DNA of 63,577 bases, counting the filler, from Lenisia limosa (lineage: Eukaryota > Protista > Breviatea): NCBI GenBank assembly GCA_001655205.1. It is 13 parts of 13 records of this genome, joined end to end, with 100 filler letters (N's around TTAATTAATTAA, not from the genome) between each part and the next. Parts side by side here need not be neighbours in the genome. Positions count along the whole stretch, not along the records: positions 62,188 to 63,577 come from LPNZ01002880.1; 12 more parts are not named here. The stretch is one strand, 5' to 3'. The position numbers and the translations under genes are program-made. A model generated the notes under the pieces. It was not told where the DNA came from, ran no database searches, and was given only the letters and a program-made list of their open reading frames with translations. Shown here in pieces: positions 62,188-63,577 of this stretch. The stretch's first letter is position 1. The number at the start of each line of letters is the position of its first letter.

Positions 62188-63368
62188 AGCCGATGTTGCC
62201 GGCAACCAGTCCCAGGTCTGTCACCTCACAGGCGTGGCTACTCCAGAAGAAACCTTGTGGGGGCTTATGCAAGGCGATTGCAATCAAAATGAATACTCTT
62301 GTTTTCATCAATCCACAACGAACGAGTATCCTCTTTTTTTGGTTATTAACACGCTATCGGAACACGTGGCAACAGCCTGATTAGAGCTTCACTTCGGTTC
62401 GAAAAAGACGGTAAAATATCGATAGTTTTCGAGGATTTATCGAGAAATTCAGTCTTTTTTCGAACCTAAGTGAAGCCCTAAGCCTGGTACTTCCCTTCTT
62501 ACTTATCTTTCCCTTCGCTCACTCCTCAGGTTGGTATCACAGGAGATTCTCCAGCGCCACACCACAAAGGGGCCTAAAACAGTCCACGAGTATAGGGGGT
62601 TGTGGGTTCGGTGGTGGTGATTAGAGCCTCACTTTCGGTTCCAAAATGATAAAAATATCGAGGATTTATCGAGGATTTATCGAGGATCCAGTTTTTTATG
62701 GAACCGAAAGTGACGCTCTAGTAGTGCTTGGTGACCGTTATCATTTCGACTTGCGAGTTGGCTATATGATCATATCACTAGTGGATGGGTGAACATACCA
62801 AAACTCTAAAAGAAAAGGGGGGGGTAGAACATACCATAATCCAAATATGGCATCGACCAAATTTCTATCTTGCATTATACACCATATTTTACATCATGTT
62901 TTACTGGAGTAGACAAGATGACGAGAACCCCTTCTTGGACCCTGTTTCAGGAGTGGAGGAGGAGCCAATCAGAGAAATGCTGTGGGCNNNNNNNNNNNNN
63001 NNNNNNNNNNNNNNNNNNNNNNNNNNNNNNNNNNNNNNNNNNNNNNNNNNNNNNNNNNNNNNNNNNNNNNNNNNNNNNNNNNNNNNNNNNNNNNNNNNNN
63101 NNNNNNNNNNNNNNNNNNNNNNNNNNNNNNNNNNNNNNNNNNNNNNNNNNNNNNNNNNNNNNNNNNNNNNNNNNNNNNNNNNNNNNNNNNNNNNNNNNNN
63201 NNNNNNNNNNNNNNNNNNNNNNNNNNNNNNNNNNNNNNNNNNNNNNNNNNNNNNNNNNNNNNNTTTCAATTTTCCAATTTTACTCTCTAATATCCCAGAT
63301 CCACCCCCCGCAGCACACGGGGCAGACGGTCTGTTCCCTTATCCCGGTCACGGAATAGCTCTAGAAGG
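62188..63368 (+). CDS. Hypothetical multi-exon gene fragment
   Basis: Open GC-rich exons ending at G-run donors: ADVAGNQSQVCHLTGVATPEET, RQDDENPFLDPVSGVEEEPIREM, DPPPAAHGADGLFPYPGHGIALE. Confidence 0.4.
62382..62480. mobile_element. hAT-type MITE, near consensus
   Basis: tagagcttcacttcggttcgaaaaagac...ttcgaacctaagtgaagcccta; TSD agcctgat / agcctggt. Confidence 0.9.
62623..62720. mobile_element. hAT-type MITE, variant-TIR subfamily
   Basis: tagagcctcactttcggttcc...ggaaccgaaagtgacgctcta; TSD gtggtgat / gtagtgct. Confidence 0.82.
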
Positions 63369-63440
63369 GTGGGGGGCTATGTTGTAAGTAGCTAAGTTCA
63401 TATTGATCCTAGTGTTCCCTTTATTCTTCAGCAGAAAACA

Positions 63441-63543
63441 CAATACTAAGTCATATTTAGGCAATTGTTGAACTTCAATACTTGTCATGTTTTGGCGATT
63501 GTTGAACCTCAATACTAAGTCATATTTAGGCAATTGTTGAACC
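63441..63543. repeat. Tandem repeat (33-bp block repeated at 69-bp spacing, with a degenerate unit between)
   Basis: caatactaagtcatatttaggcaattgttgaac at 63441 and 63510. Confidence 0.8.
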
Positions 63544-63577
63544 GGCTGTGAGGGAGCCAAAACCACCCATCCCCAGA

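Noticed and set aside
18846-62720. TAGGGCTTC MITE as Tc1/Stowaway (TA TSD) or PIF/Tourist (TWA TSD)
   Set aside because: The TA is part of the TIR; 8-bp direct repeats outside it match in eight copies, which indicates hAT.
1-63577. Prokaryotic features: CRISPR arrays, operons, rho-independent terminators, group II introns
   Set aside because: No repeat-spacer array with unique spacers, no intronless multi-gene runs and no RT/maturase ORF; the sequence is spliceosomal-intron-rich eukaryotic DNA.

Overview
Eukaryotic (protist-type) nuclear DNA, not prokaryotic. The window is 13 short scaffolds concatenated with an artificial 100-nt linker (N44-TTAATTAATTAA-N44), so adjacency across linkers has no biological meaning. 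Recognisable intron-rich genes, nearly all partial: AP-2 alpha-adaptin, PP2A catalytic subunit, an axonemal-type dynein heavy chain C-terminus, SHQ1, CSN7/eIF3m-like, an attractin/MEGF8-like CUB-EGF protein, a LamG-like protein, RBM34/Nop12-like and SZT2, plus several hypothetical genes. Also present: a deleted LSU rRNA fragment and a degenerate tyrosine recombinase. Non-coding DNA is dense with small repeats: a ~100-bp hAT-type MITE with 8-bp TSDs (about 25-30 copies or remnants), a ~78-bp Tc1/mariner MITE with TA TSDs, and other dispersed families. The main signal is intron architecture. Introns fall into two classes, tiny AT-rich ones (22-27 nt in AP2A) and long ones with G-run donors and C-run acceptors. 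A ~150-300-bp repeat (modules B and C) lies almost always sense to the host gene and repeatedly ends at the 3' splice site; once it appears to span a whole intron. This is a candidate introner-like or splice-site-supplying element. All protein calls are by-eye motif comparisons, exon structures are manual, and counts are approximate.
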